NCBI GenBank assembly: GCA_026023565.1
Contig: JAPETS010000021.1
Span: 556,294-576,293, forward strand
DNA from: Cirrosporium novae-zelandiae
Lineage: Eukaryota
Reading direction: 5' to 3'
Length of the DNA stretch: 20,000 nucleotides
The notes under the pieces are model-generated. The model ran no database searches, was not told the DNA's origin, and saw only the letters and a program-made list of their open reading frames with translations. This document shows positions 1 through 9,344 of this stretch, one piece after another; position 1 is the stretch's first letter; each line of letters starts with the position of its first letter. Position numbers and translations under genes: made by a program.

Positions 1-21
1 TGATGCGTCCGATTGGCTCAT
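1..21 (-). CDS. Possible start of a gene running off the left edge (MSQSDAS...)
   Basis: ATG at 21-19 on minus is open to the edge, with a C/A-rich leader and TATAAA on minus at 185-190. Only 7 codons are visible. Confidence 0.3.
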
Positions 22-991
22 AGAATGTGGTTTAGGCATTATTAAATTGGTAATGGAACAACAAGGGTAGGCGTGTTTGGTTGTGGTTAGGTATGAAAAT
101 TTGGATAACGTGTTCTGTGTTTGAGATGAAGATTGTGCGAGAAGAAATGTCGGTCTTTCAATGCACGGGGCTCTCTGGTCTTGATTTATATTCGATTCCA
201 GTCAAGTGTTAAGGAATGATGATGATGGATGTGACGTGACAAAAACGGGATTGAGACAGCATGTGATAATTCAAAAAAGATTGGTGGCGCTATTCCTTAC
301 GAAATATTAGAATGGAGACTTCGCCTACAAACCTAACAATCTTTGAATATCCAGTAAGATTTGGAAACCAGAGGATGACAATTTTGAGAGGGAAAGGTTT
401 ATATTTTTGAAGTTGGCCTCGTGCGGGGTTGAGCCAAGTGATAGGACAGCCAAGCACAATTATTGTTGTACGGCAAAAGCTTTCGTAAAAGTCGTTATGA
501 AACCTAAATGACCAGAATAAGTTTTTCGTCGTCTCTGATACTATTATATACAAGTCCCTAGGTGGATCCTGTAATGAGCTGCACTCCCCACCAAAAGTAA
601 CCATGCACGTGCCATGTTGCAACATTTCATAGTAGATGGTAAAACTGATGAATCAAGTCAAGTCAATTTAAACTCTATGCTTGTGTTTTAGAGCATCAGA
701 TATTCCAAACGTTGTCGAGACAAGTATCCCAAGTTGAGTAATGCTGATTAATTTTAGCTAGCTATTGCTTACTGCTGGGGATTATAACGGTAGCTAGTAA
801 GTTCTTAACGGCAAAAAAAGGTTGAATCCCAAAAGCATTAGTGTCCCCTACCACCAAAAAGAACTTGACACGGGCACGTGACGGGGGACCTCGTTTACTT
901 ACCCAGGTACATATTTACTTGCACTAATCATCATTATTTTCAATGACTTTCAAGTTTCTCGGCAGCCAAAGTAGGGTCTGAATACTTGATG

Positions 992-1054
992 GTGCTCTAG
1001 GAATAGTGTTGGGCAAAATACGGTATAGCCCGGCCAACACTATCTAGGAAGCAC
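992..1054. repeat. Imperfect inverted repeat / hairpin
   Basis: ATAGTGTTGG (1003-1012) is the exact reverse complement of CCAACACTAT (1034-1043). The stem extends outward through CTAG/CTAG and GTGCT/AGCAC with small bulges. Confidence 0.8.
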
Positions 1055-1157
1055 ACAGGCGTAGAATTAAGCGATTGCACCACTACCTAAACATCCGACC
1101 TTCCCTAGCGCGTTAACCACCTTAGGTATTCCGGCTTTGGAAGAGTAAATCCGAGAA

Positions 1158-1243
1158 GTGGAGATCTGACGTGCATGTACTTAAGTAAGAACAGATCTGG
1201 TTAAGCGAGTTACGGGACGGGAGGATCAAACGAAGTCGCTGCA
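1158..1243. repeat. Dispersed direct repeat, copy 1 (perfect 31-bp core 1213-1243)
   Basis: CGGGACGGGAGGATCAAACGAAGTCGCTGCA is identical to 6365-6395. Upstream flanks align with mismatches (GTGGAGATCTGACGTGCA vs GTGGGACCTGATGTGCA; AAGAACAGATCTGGTTAAGCGAG vs AAAAACAATCCTGGCTAAACAAG). Confidence 0.95.
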
Positions 1244-1659
1244 GGTAACGCAATCGACAGAGAGTTGGTCACTTTCCCCAAAAGGACCTTGCTCCTAGCT
1301 CTAACCTCTTATGCCAAGGACTAAATTTTGTTGAGATGATCAACTCCCGGTTCTTAGCCAACTCTGGATCTGTTGCGTTGTGGCATGCGATTCTCCATAA
1401 TTCTGTTCCGAGTAAGTAGCTTGAATTCGGCCATCTCTGTGTAACGCTGGGCCGTGTCATTTAAAACCCCAAGGCTTGAGAACCTTAGGGAATTTGTATT
1501 TTTAAAAAGTATAAGAAACTCATGATATTTCGTGGGGCCCGTGAAACATTTCCTTTAGATAAGCGGGGAAATTAACTTGGATGACAAGAAATGGTGGATG
1601 GACTGTCAAGGAAGTTTTGATGTGACACCCAAACAAGTGACCTACCAAGCTAAGATGCA

Positions 1660-3121
1660 TCACTCCGCTCTCTGCCCATAAACGACATGACTAGGAAAAT
1701 GGATTAGCTCCCGAAAGAAATAGCACACTGTGACAAGAGCAATCTTACAAGGTGCACATTAAATGAACGGATTTCTTCATTGCGTCTTTCCGGGCATCGA
1801 CAGCGAATGCTTGAACTTCCTCCGGCGACCACCCAAGCACTCTCGTGAATATCCCCAAAATAAAGGCCTCCATTCCATCGAGGGACTGGATGAGATTCAC
1901 GGTGCCAATCTCTTTCTGCGGGTACTAGTCAGAAACGCCAAGCTATACAAATATAAAATGCACAACAAACCAATTTTTTGTCTTTTGGCCAACTACCTAA
2001 AGGTATCTTGACCGCCTTGTGGTGAATATTCTCGAACCCGGCATTCTCAACCCATTCCTTCAGGTGCGGGCCAGGGCGAGCAGTTCGGCCGAGTTTATCA
2101 AAACCCTGAATGAGCAATTTGTGCAGTTCGATGATTTTGTTGTCCACGGCTTCCGATTTATCTTCTGAATAGTAACTCAAATCCCAGTCTTGAAATTCGA
2201 CCCAGCCTCCCACCTTGGTTTGACTGAAGACCAATCAGTCACGACATTTCAGCTTGCGATAATTGGGCGGCAGAGATACTCAACTCGTAGCATTGACGCA
2301 TAAGCTTAGGCCAATCCTGAATCGATGCTGCCATGTACCGCACGTGAATGAAATCGAAAGGCTGTCTCTCTGGCCAGTCACTTTCGCAGTCGTCAACTTC
2401 GAATAAGAGATTTGGTGGGATCCTACACCATGTTACCTTCGCTGATCACGACTTTGAGCTGAAAGACACTGTACCATTTTGGCTGAATAGGGCTAAGATC
2501 ATTGCCAACCTGCAAAACAATAAGACTTCAAGCTAAAATATAGGAAATAGCTCCAAATCTTACCACCTCAGCGGAAGGATACATATCAGCTTGAAGATAT
2601 GTTAGCAGAACATGTCCGAATAGGAATCAGGATCTCATGTACTAACCCGCCTCGATGGCCCAGATTCCCGTTCCTGTACCGATATCCAAAATGCGTGACG
2701 GGTTTGATAGTGGGGCTAAATGTAACTTTCCATCAAGAGCTAAAGTCATCAAATGGTGAACAAGATCGAGCCGGTCCTGTTCTTTTTCATCGTTTGGGAA
2801 TTGGTAGGCTACATTCATTAGATATATCATAAACACTTTATTTATCAACGTACATCCTTCTCTATAACTGTGATAACGACGTCCGTTTTCCCATTTATAA
2901 TGTTTAACGCTAGAGGCCAACGACGTTGTGTAGCTTCGGCTGAAGTATTGTAAGCAGAAAATTCCACGGTATATCTTAAGCATTCACGCACATCTCATCG
3001 CCGTAAGCAGAATCATCATCGACATTCTAGAAATGGTTCAGTAAGTACTGCAACCTGTGGTTGCAATGAGGTCACTCACCAATGAATCAACTTCGACGGG
3101 AATATGATGAACCTCAGCCAT
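1660..3121 (-). CDS. Class I SAM-dependent methyltransferase, LaeA-like/TAM (Methyltransf_23-type), 10 exons, 324 aa
   Basis: Exons (minus strand): 3121-3080, 3026-2992, 2939-2854, 2808-2647, 2589-2564, 2509-2475, 2422-2285, 2223-1971, 1915-1749, 1690-1660. Total 975 nt, open frame, ending in TGA. Motifs: [42 protein letters not shown]-binding [52 protein letters not shown], terminal VVYGQR. All introns are GT-AG. Confidence 0.95.
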
Positions 3122-4569
3122 TCCCACTATCAAAATTCCTCACGTACTGTCAAAGTGTCGATGTTGCGCTATACGGCGTGGAGCTGTTGGATACTTGTGG
3201 AAAAGTAGTCAAAATTGAATCTGGGAATAGTCGGAACCCTGTGTCTCTGGGGGAAGTAGCACCATTGAAAAGGCGACATATATATTCTTGTACATCTTGT
3301 ACTACATAGCATAGGTGTGGGGCTCCATGCCGGAAGATATTGCCACTATTTCTCTCAAGCCGCTGCGCCGCATCGGTAGGGTAATTCCGGTCCGTAGCGC
3401 GGCCTTGCTAAAGACCAACTAGACACTGAGTTAATAACGTGTTTCGATATTTTTCCCCAAGTCATATACAAGACGGAGATGGTGCATAGAAGTAGAGGTA
3501 GAAGAGAAAGCGTCTGGTGACAGACACGGGCCGAATTGCCCTCCGACTGGCAACTCTTGGTGATTTGAGTGGACAAGAGACAGATTGGGAACCCCGCCGA
3601 AATGGCGATGGGTGTCTTTTCCGGATCTCTAGGAACAATCATTTCAAATAAAATGTTCGTATAGCCTCGCAAACAATAAGTTCAATTTGATTGGTCCATG
3701 CTATGTCCTCCTATCTCAAACCTCAACTGCATCGTATATTATGGCTGTAACATCCTCTTTTAGAGCTCGCTGTCCTCCTGCTTCTGTGCCTATTATTTGT
3801 AACGTAGCTTGTATAAATGCTATTCATCCTTCCTTCCATGTTTGAGGTGTGTCATCTTTGCTTTTATTGTATAGTCACTGAGGATAAACTCTAGTTAACG
3901 GTGAGGATAAAATATTTTCGAATTTCAAGTGGGGAAATGAGCTATCGGTCAATTGTCTGTAGATTCCGTTAGCGATGGTCCGACGTAATGTGTCTTCAAT
4001 AGCAGAAGATATGCAGCAGCATGAAAGGAGGCCACGTTACCAATCTAAATTTTTTTTCAGAAGCATCGTCGTGAATAAGCATACGAGAGCAATAATGTGG
4101 CAAGCTTTAGAAAAATCATCGAGCTTTGATAATTGGGTAAATGTAAAATTACTAGCCATTAATGAACAAATACTCAAGAAAAATATAGATAAGTTGAGTG
4201 CTCTGCTTAGCATTCCAAAATTTCAAAAGTGTGGCTTAGCCCTTAAATTAGCACCAGACGTAGCTGGCCATCAGAACAATTCCCAGAATGTCAGTTTTTG
4301 GGGAGAAGTTCGAACGCCAATGGTGTTTACGAGCCAGCTCTGTACAGTACTTATGTTAGTCTAATATATAGTCTGGCAATAATTAAATCAATTTATGAGT
4401 AGGTAGTCTTCACTTTCAGTCTATATACAAAAATCGCCCTTGTAGTCCAAAGGAGGCTATTATCTATGGGTAGTCTTTTCGTGACTGAATTTCATAGCTG
4501 CGCTTCCAGGCAATTATTCCTTGGCGCACTTGCCCTAGATGATGGCTCGGTGTTGCTTGGTCTACCATC

Positions 4570-5802
4570 TTATATTCTCCGAGTCCAACTTTGTAGCTCG
4601 ACAACCTCCTCCCATTGACTTTGTGTCAAAATACTTGACCACGTGAAGCGGAGTCTCGTATCATGCGGTCCAGAAGCCCATGGTTTCCCATCTTTAGTAG
4701 GAGGGTTTAGAAACCCTAAGGCTATCATTCTTTTTTCGTCCCAGATACCGAATCCAAACGGTCGAAAAACTTTGAAACTAACACATCTAAGGGGAGAATG
4801 ACGCATACTCCTGTAATATGAGCTATAGATAATCCCCGGAACATCACGAAGCATTGAAGACTCGGACCGACTCAATTGTTCTCTTGGCAATGATGGTAGC
4901 TCGGGGCAGCAGTAAATAAGATTCTCCGGAATCAACGATGAAACCATCCATGATTCAATTCCCTCAACCCCACCTGTTTCCTGAGACAACCACATCATAA
5001 CAGTCCGAAATTCCTCAACCTCATTACGATGGAAAAGTATTTTGCCCCAGAATTTTTTAACCTGAACAATCTGTAGCCGTTGTATAGTTTCAATTCCTAT
5101 ATTCAAAGACCCATGTGTAACTGCTGCCTTTCGCAGCTCAAAGAAAAGGGAGACCCGTAGCACCGCTTTCGTTAAGCGCTGCTCCTCGGCCCATGAAGGA
5201 GGTCCGATATCCACTGGGCTGAACGGTCGCCCAGCCGGACGGAAGGACTGATCAACCACTGCTGTAAAAGAATTATATTCAGTATCTGGGGTTTCCATAC
5301 GCTCTGGCTTTAGTGCCATGCAACGAGAGATTAATCCATGAAAACAGGCATGTGTGATCTGACGGAGCCGTGTCGAAAAAGCAAGTAGTCGGAAGAGGAC
5401 AACGCATGGAGTTGATCTCGGTAGAGGTACAGTACCATAGCCAATAGGTTGAATAGGATCGTCTAGAGTATAGAAATAAAAGTAGGATATGATAGCATGG
5501 TACGAAGATGGCAGCGGATTATCTCGAGTATCTGATTCTGAGTTGGAGTGCCTCAAGTAGGTTCGCCACCAAATGAAAACCATAGTTCGGAGAAGGAACC
5601 GAGTCCATGGTAGTAGACCTTTGTCGCGGATCGGATGTGAGAGGATGGCCTCAACGATTTCCGGGAAAAAGCTGTTTTCTTGGCGGAGAAAGGCGGCAAC
5701 GGCCGGGGATGCATTAACAAGTCTATGCAAAGTTGGTAGGTCTGGGAGGAGGGATAGAGTGTCTTTCAGGATAAACCAGGGGAGACGACAGAATGGATCC
5801 AT
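4570..5802 (-). CDS. Intronless hypothetical protein, 410 aa, with an F-box-like N-terminus
   Basis: Uninterrupted 1233-nt ORF. The start MDPFCRLPWFILKDTLSLLPDLPTLHRLVNASP has the LP..IL..I...LP..L..L..AS spacing of F-box-like starts. It also has GPPSWAEEQR and FRPFGFGIWDEKRM motifs that I recall from fungal hypothetical families. TATAAA lies on the minus strand about 135 nt upstream. Confidence 0.85.
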   Translation of the reverse strand: MDPFCRLPWFILKDTLSLLPDLPTLHRLVNASPAVAAFLRQENSFFPEIVEAILSHPIRDKGLLPWTRFLLRTMVFIWWRTYLRHSNSESDTRDNPLPSSYHAIISYFYFYTLDDPIQPIGYGTVPLPRSTPCVVLFRLLAFSTRLRQITHACFHGLISRCMALKPERMETPDTEYNSFTAVVDQSFRPAGRPFSPVDIGPPSWAEEQRLTKAVLRVSLFFELRKAAVTHGSLNIGIETIQRLQIVQVKKFWGKILFHRNEVEEFRTVMMWLSQETGGVEGIESWMVSSLIPENLIYCCPELPSLPREQLSRSESSMLRDVPGIIYSSYYRSMRHSPLRCVSFKVFRPFGFGIWDEKRMIALGFLNPPTKDGKPWASGPHDTRLRFTWSSILTQSQWEEVVELQSWTRRI

Positions 5803-5933
5803 GTTTCTGTTTCCAGTATATCCACGATAATTATTGGGATGATAGCCTAGCTGAGCTGGCTGTCAATATTAAGATAGAGTGGGGGACCCTGAAGTTGGCC
5901 TTCCCTAGCAGTGTGATGTAAAAAGGATGCAGA

Positions 5934-5939
5934 TTTATA
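5934..5939 (-). promoter_or_regulatory. Candidate TATA box for the 410-aa gene
   Basis: TTTATA on + reads TATAAA on -, about 135 nt upstream of the ATG at 5802. Supported by motif and position only. Confidence 0.35.
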
Positions 5940-6051
5940 GAGGAAGAGATACTTAGCTATATACTCGCAAAAACGCTCTGTGCTCAAAACTAATTCTATA
6001 ATTTTGCCCAAAAATGATTTTTCGGAGGCCGAGGATGAGTCGTATACAACC

Positions 6052-6180
6052 GAGCCTATTTACGCTTAAGCACGGGCTACCTAAATTTTGATACCGACCG
6101 GTGAGTAAAAACTATAGGTTTGAGGTAGGCCAGTCGATATCAAAATTCGGGTAGCCCGAGCTTAGAGCGTAAATAGGCTC
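6052..6180. repeat. Long inverted repeat (50/51-bp arms, 28-nt spacer); MITE-like or fold-back hairpin
   Basis: The left arm 6052-6101 matches the reverse complement of 6130-6180 at 45 of 51 columns (1 indel, 5 substitutions). Weaker pairing extends to about 6039/6190. Confidence 0.93.
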
Positions 6181-6321
6181 AGCTGTCGACCGTGCAAGGA
6201 TATTGGAGCTCGAGACTTTTAAGTTTAGCCTAGTACGAAAAGGGTATAATTCACCTAGCCCTCTCCCCCCTAGAACACCCGCCCGTTGTGCCTGAATACT
6301 GTATTGATTGGTGGGCACGTG

Positions 6322-6395
6322 GTGGGACCTGATGTGCAAAAAACAATCCTGGCTAAACAAGGCGCGGGACGGGAGGATCAAACGAAGTCGCTGCA
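6322..6395. repeat. Dispersed direct repeat, copy 2 (perfect 31-bp core 6365-6395)
   Basis: Same orientation as 1158-1243. Identity ends abruptly after ...GCTGCA. Confidence 0.95.
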
Positions 6396-6644
6396 CTCGA
6401 GTAACTTGAGCTAGGCCATCTAAGCAGAGCCCGTTTTGGCTCCTCTTTATCTCTGATGGAGCATCTGAGAAGTCCAAATGAAGGCCCATTTTCATTCCCT
6501 ATCGTCTTGCTATTATCCGCGCGCTCAAACTAACCATGGTTCGGACTCCCGACTCGCGATATTTTAGCCTTAGAGCTGTTGTCTTTCCCATCTTGATCTC
6601 ATCAAGAGTACACTTAGGATTGACATGTCTACAAGCGCCTTAAC

Positions 6645-7327
6645 ATGCTTCACGAAAAGCACTTCATTCCCCTCAAATCCGATCCTGGTATATTCACGAC
6701 GCTAGTGTATGAAGTGGGAGTTTCCCGTTCGTTCAGCTTCATTGATATGTGATCCCTTGAAGACGACGTGCCTGTAGTCATTCCGCGGCTGGCACTAGAG
6801 CTCATCTTCATCGTGCCGTTCTATCTTGTATATGAAGAACAAGAGAACGAAGGGTAGAATCCGGAAACTGCTAATAATTGAGACGTCGCGTGGTTGAAAC
6901 AAACGATCCATAACACATCTGGTCTTTATCCTATTCTGCATGCCATGTTAGACAAGCTTGGGGTCATCGGTACATGGGATCCCTCATACATTTCTATGTC
7001 GGCTTATTGGGTGAGAGCGATATCAATTCGTCGTGCGTTGCAGAGACCGAGTCCGCCCCTGGTCGCCTACTTAAATCGGGCCCTCCGACCGTGTCGTGTA
7101 CTTGGAAAATTCGAAATTGATTGAGGCTGTCTATATAAGGCCGCTTAGAATGGCCACTCGGAGGCTGTCTCTACTCATGATGAAGTCGATCATCACTATA
7201 TATGTTTTGTTGAGGCGTCAGATGAATGTACTAGTTGGACGGTGATCTGGACGAGCCTATAAGCAGAGGTCGCCTAGCTAGAGATGAAGATGATTTAGCC
7301 GTTAAGGGGCTAAATAAGATTATGTAG
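6645..7327 (+). pseudogene. Ubiquitin C-terminal hydrolase (peptidase C12, UCH-L3/Yuh1-like) pseudogene
   Basis: From ATG 6645: MLHEKHFIPLKSDPGIFTTLVYEVGVSRSFSFIDM*SLEDD..IPRLALELIFIVP..G*..N*DVAWLKQTIHNTSGLYPILHA. Probable intron 6970-7043. Then, with frameshifts, YLENSKLIEAVYIRAA*NGHSEA..DEVDHHYICFV and Y*LDGDLDEPISRG. This matches the family motifs FIPLESxP, QTIxNACG, HYxCFV and YELDG. Stops at 6750, 6855, 6879 and 7146; the catalytic Cys codon is TCT (6918-6920). The 3' end is approximate. Confidence 0.9.
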
Positions 7328-7803
7328 TCAATGCTATGAGACCATAGATAGTATAACTTTCTGTGCGAGTTCTTTGTCAAGAGATAATCATCCACCGATT
7401 GATCATCGGTGCGAAGCCGCTTGGGTGCTGGCGGTGGCCTTGCCCGTAAAATGTAGGAGAAGATTAATTGTGCCTGAACAAATTGCGGAGTCCTTCATGC
7501 TAATAGTCCAAATGGCCCGCCATAAAAACCCCGAAACATATATATATATTCGGCGACATGCCACACGTAAGTCGCAGCATACTTGCTGTAGGCTTCTACG
7601 GTGGCCGTAGCGCGCAATAAGTGTGCAACGAATTTTGTCGCCGAGCTAGCTGCGGTGCATGACAATCTTTTCAATGCTATAACACCAGTTTGCCCAGAGG
7701 CCGAATGCTGGAACATTGATTGTTGAATAACAGTCTTAGTTCACACACCTGTATACTATGTTCTAAAGAATGCACTGGGTAGTCATGGAGTCAATGCATT
7801 CCA

Positions 7804-9344
7804 TCACGAGGCCACCTGTGGTTGCATCAAGAAGTCGTCGAAAGCCAGCTCCTCTGCAACGGGCCTCTCCTCCGGTATCCAGCGTAACGTCCTGCGCATG
7901 AACCGTAAAAAGAGAGCTTGGTCGTCGTCATTAAGTAACCGTTCGCGGCTTTCAAAGGATTGATCGGGAATTGGAATGGAGCCTTTCCAGTTTCCTACCG
8001 TGAGAGTCAACTGTTAGTGGATGATGACTTATTTTCTAGTTTACTTTTGAGATGGGGGGATCAAGGACTTTGGCGTAATACCATGATTGTCCCAGTACTG
8101 TTGACATTTTTTGCTCCGTTTGAGAAACTCGGCAGGTGGAGGGCCCAAAAGTGCCACCATCTCCGCAAGGTGATGTTCGTCATCTAGGATTCCTTTTTTT
8201 GCGAAGAATAAGTGGCCGCCTTCAAGGAAATCCCATGTCTAGATTAACCGACATTAGCTCAAATCTAAGCTGTAAACACTAGCTAAAGGATACATCCTGA
8301 TTTGGGCTTGGAGATGTTGTGTTTTCATAAATCAGGTCAAGCCCTAGTCCAATTTTGGTTGGAATCTTCCGCAGCGCAAGTAGCAATTACCATGACACCA
8401 ACCGCCCAAATGTCCACCTTCGCGTCCCAACTCATTCCTAAGATGATCTCTAGTGCTCTGTAGATGCCAGGCATAATGTCGCCTCTATGCTTCTTGTTGC
8501 CAACACGAGCCTCACCAAGATCACAGAGAACTGGTGGTCCTGCACTGGAAGGCATCGGCCGTGAGTTGTAGATGGTACGATCACTAAGGACCTTCCTGGC
8601 AATTGGTTGTTCGATTTCACCTTGTTCAAGCTGTAAGAGGATGGAGTCATCCTGAATACTATGGAGAACGTTATTTGGTGAAGTATCTGGCAACGAGTCA
8701 ACCTCGAATAACCGCTAGCAGAATTCTTTTCCCTCTAACGGTATACCTGTGTGAACGACGTAGCATCGGTGCAGATAATCCAAGGCTATAAGTAGAAGTT
8801 GGACACTCGTCTGTGTTAGATCTTTTGAGAATCTATTCTGAGAGAGTAATTTGAGGAATTCAGTGAAATTCATCCCAAGTGGTTGATAGAGCAAGCACTC
8901 GTGATTTCCGTTAGGCCCAATGACTTCGAAGGAATCAAGAGCCTTGCGGACCATGTTCTTTCCTGGATGTTCAATCGTGGAACACTTCAGGTGGTTAGAA
9001 ACCGCGATTTCACGATCGTCACATTGGCCTTCATGATTGTGCTGTATTGTTCGAACACGTAATTTAAGCGTGAGATATTTATTGGTGCTCTCTAATAATA
9101 ATGTATTAGGGCAAACATTAATTATTTGGATAAATCACGGTCAAATCTTTGCCTAAGATCTCGGCATAACCAAACCGTGGAATTCGCGCTGAAGCCTAGA
9201 AGTAGGAAAGGTGCGGTGAAGTGAAGGAGTAGACACCATTATTCTAACAGATTCTCGGGGTAATAGAGAGTGAAACTGATAGGAGAAGCGTTGTAGAGAA
9301 AGTGGAAACCTGGCAAGACCACGAAGAACACCTCTTCCAGCCAT
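7804..9344 (-). pseudogene. SRPK-like (CMGC) Ser/Thr protein kinase, probable pseudogene
   Basis: Exon blocks 9344-9153, 9091-8747, 8686-8391, 8238-8082, 7994-7804. Motifs: LGFSANSTVWLCRDL, YLTLK, HPGKNMVRKALDSFEVIGPNGNHECL, ALDYLH..VVHTD, PVLCDLGEAR, IMPGIYRALE, KVDIWAVG, HHLAEMVALLGPPP, WIPEERP. The last four exons splice in frame. The ATG frame stops at TAG 9155-9153, the Gly-loop is in a different frame, the usual segment ahead of it is absent, and APE has become ALE. Confidence 0.88.

Noticed and set aside
290..625. 111-aa minus-strand ORF
   Set aside because: No family resemblance; it lies in probable upstream or intergenic sequence.
3879..3911. Tandem TGAGGATAAA pair (possible GATA sites)
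   Set aside because: Short and far from any start codon; no support beyond the motif.
3975..4364. 129-aa plus-strand ORF in AT-rich sequence
   Set aside because: No motif, splice support or transposase signature; cannot be distinguished from a chance ORF.
1213..6395. CRISPR array or intact LTR retrotransposon
   Set aside because: Only two copies 5 kb apart in a eukaryote. No gag/pol, primer-binding site or TSD was found, and the interior holds an intron-containing host-type gene.
6112..6495. 127-aa minus-strand ORF over the hairpin and repeat
   Set aside because: It spans repeat DNA and shows no transposase or recombinase motifs.
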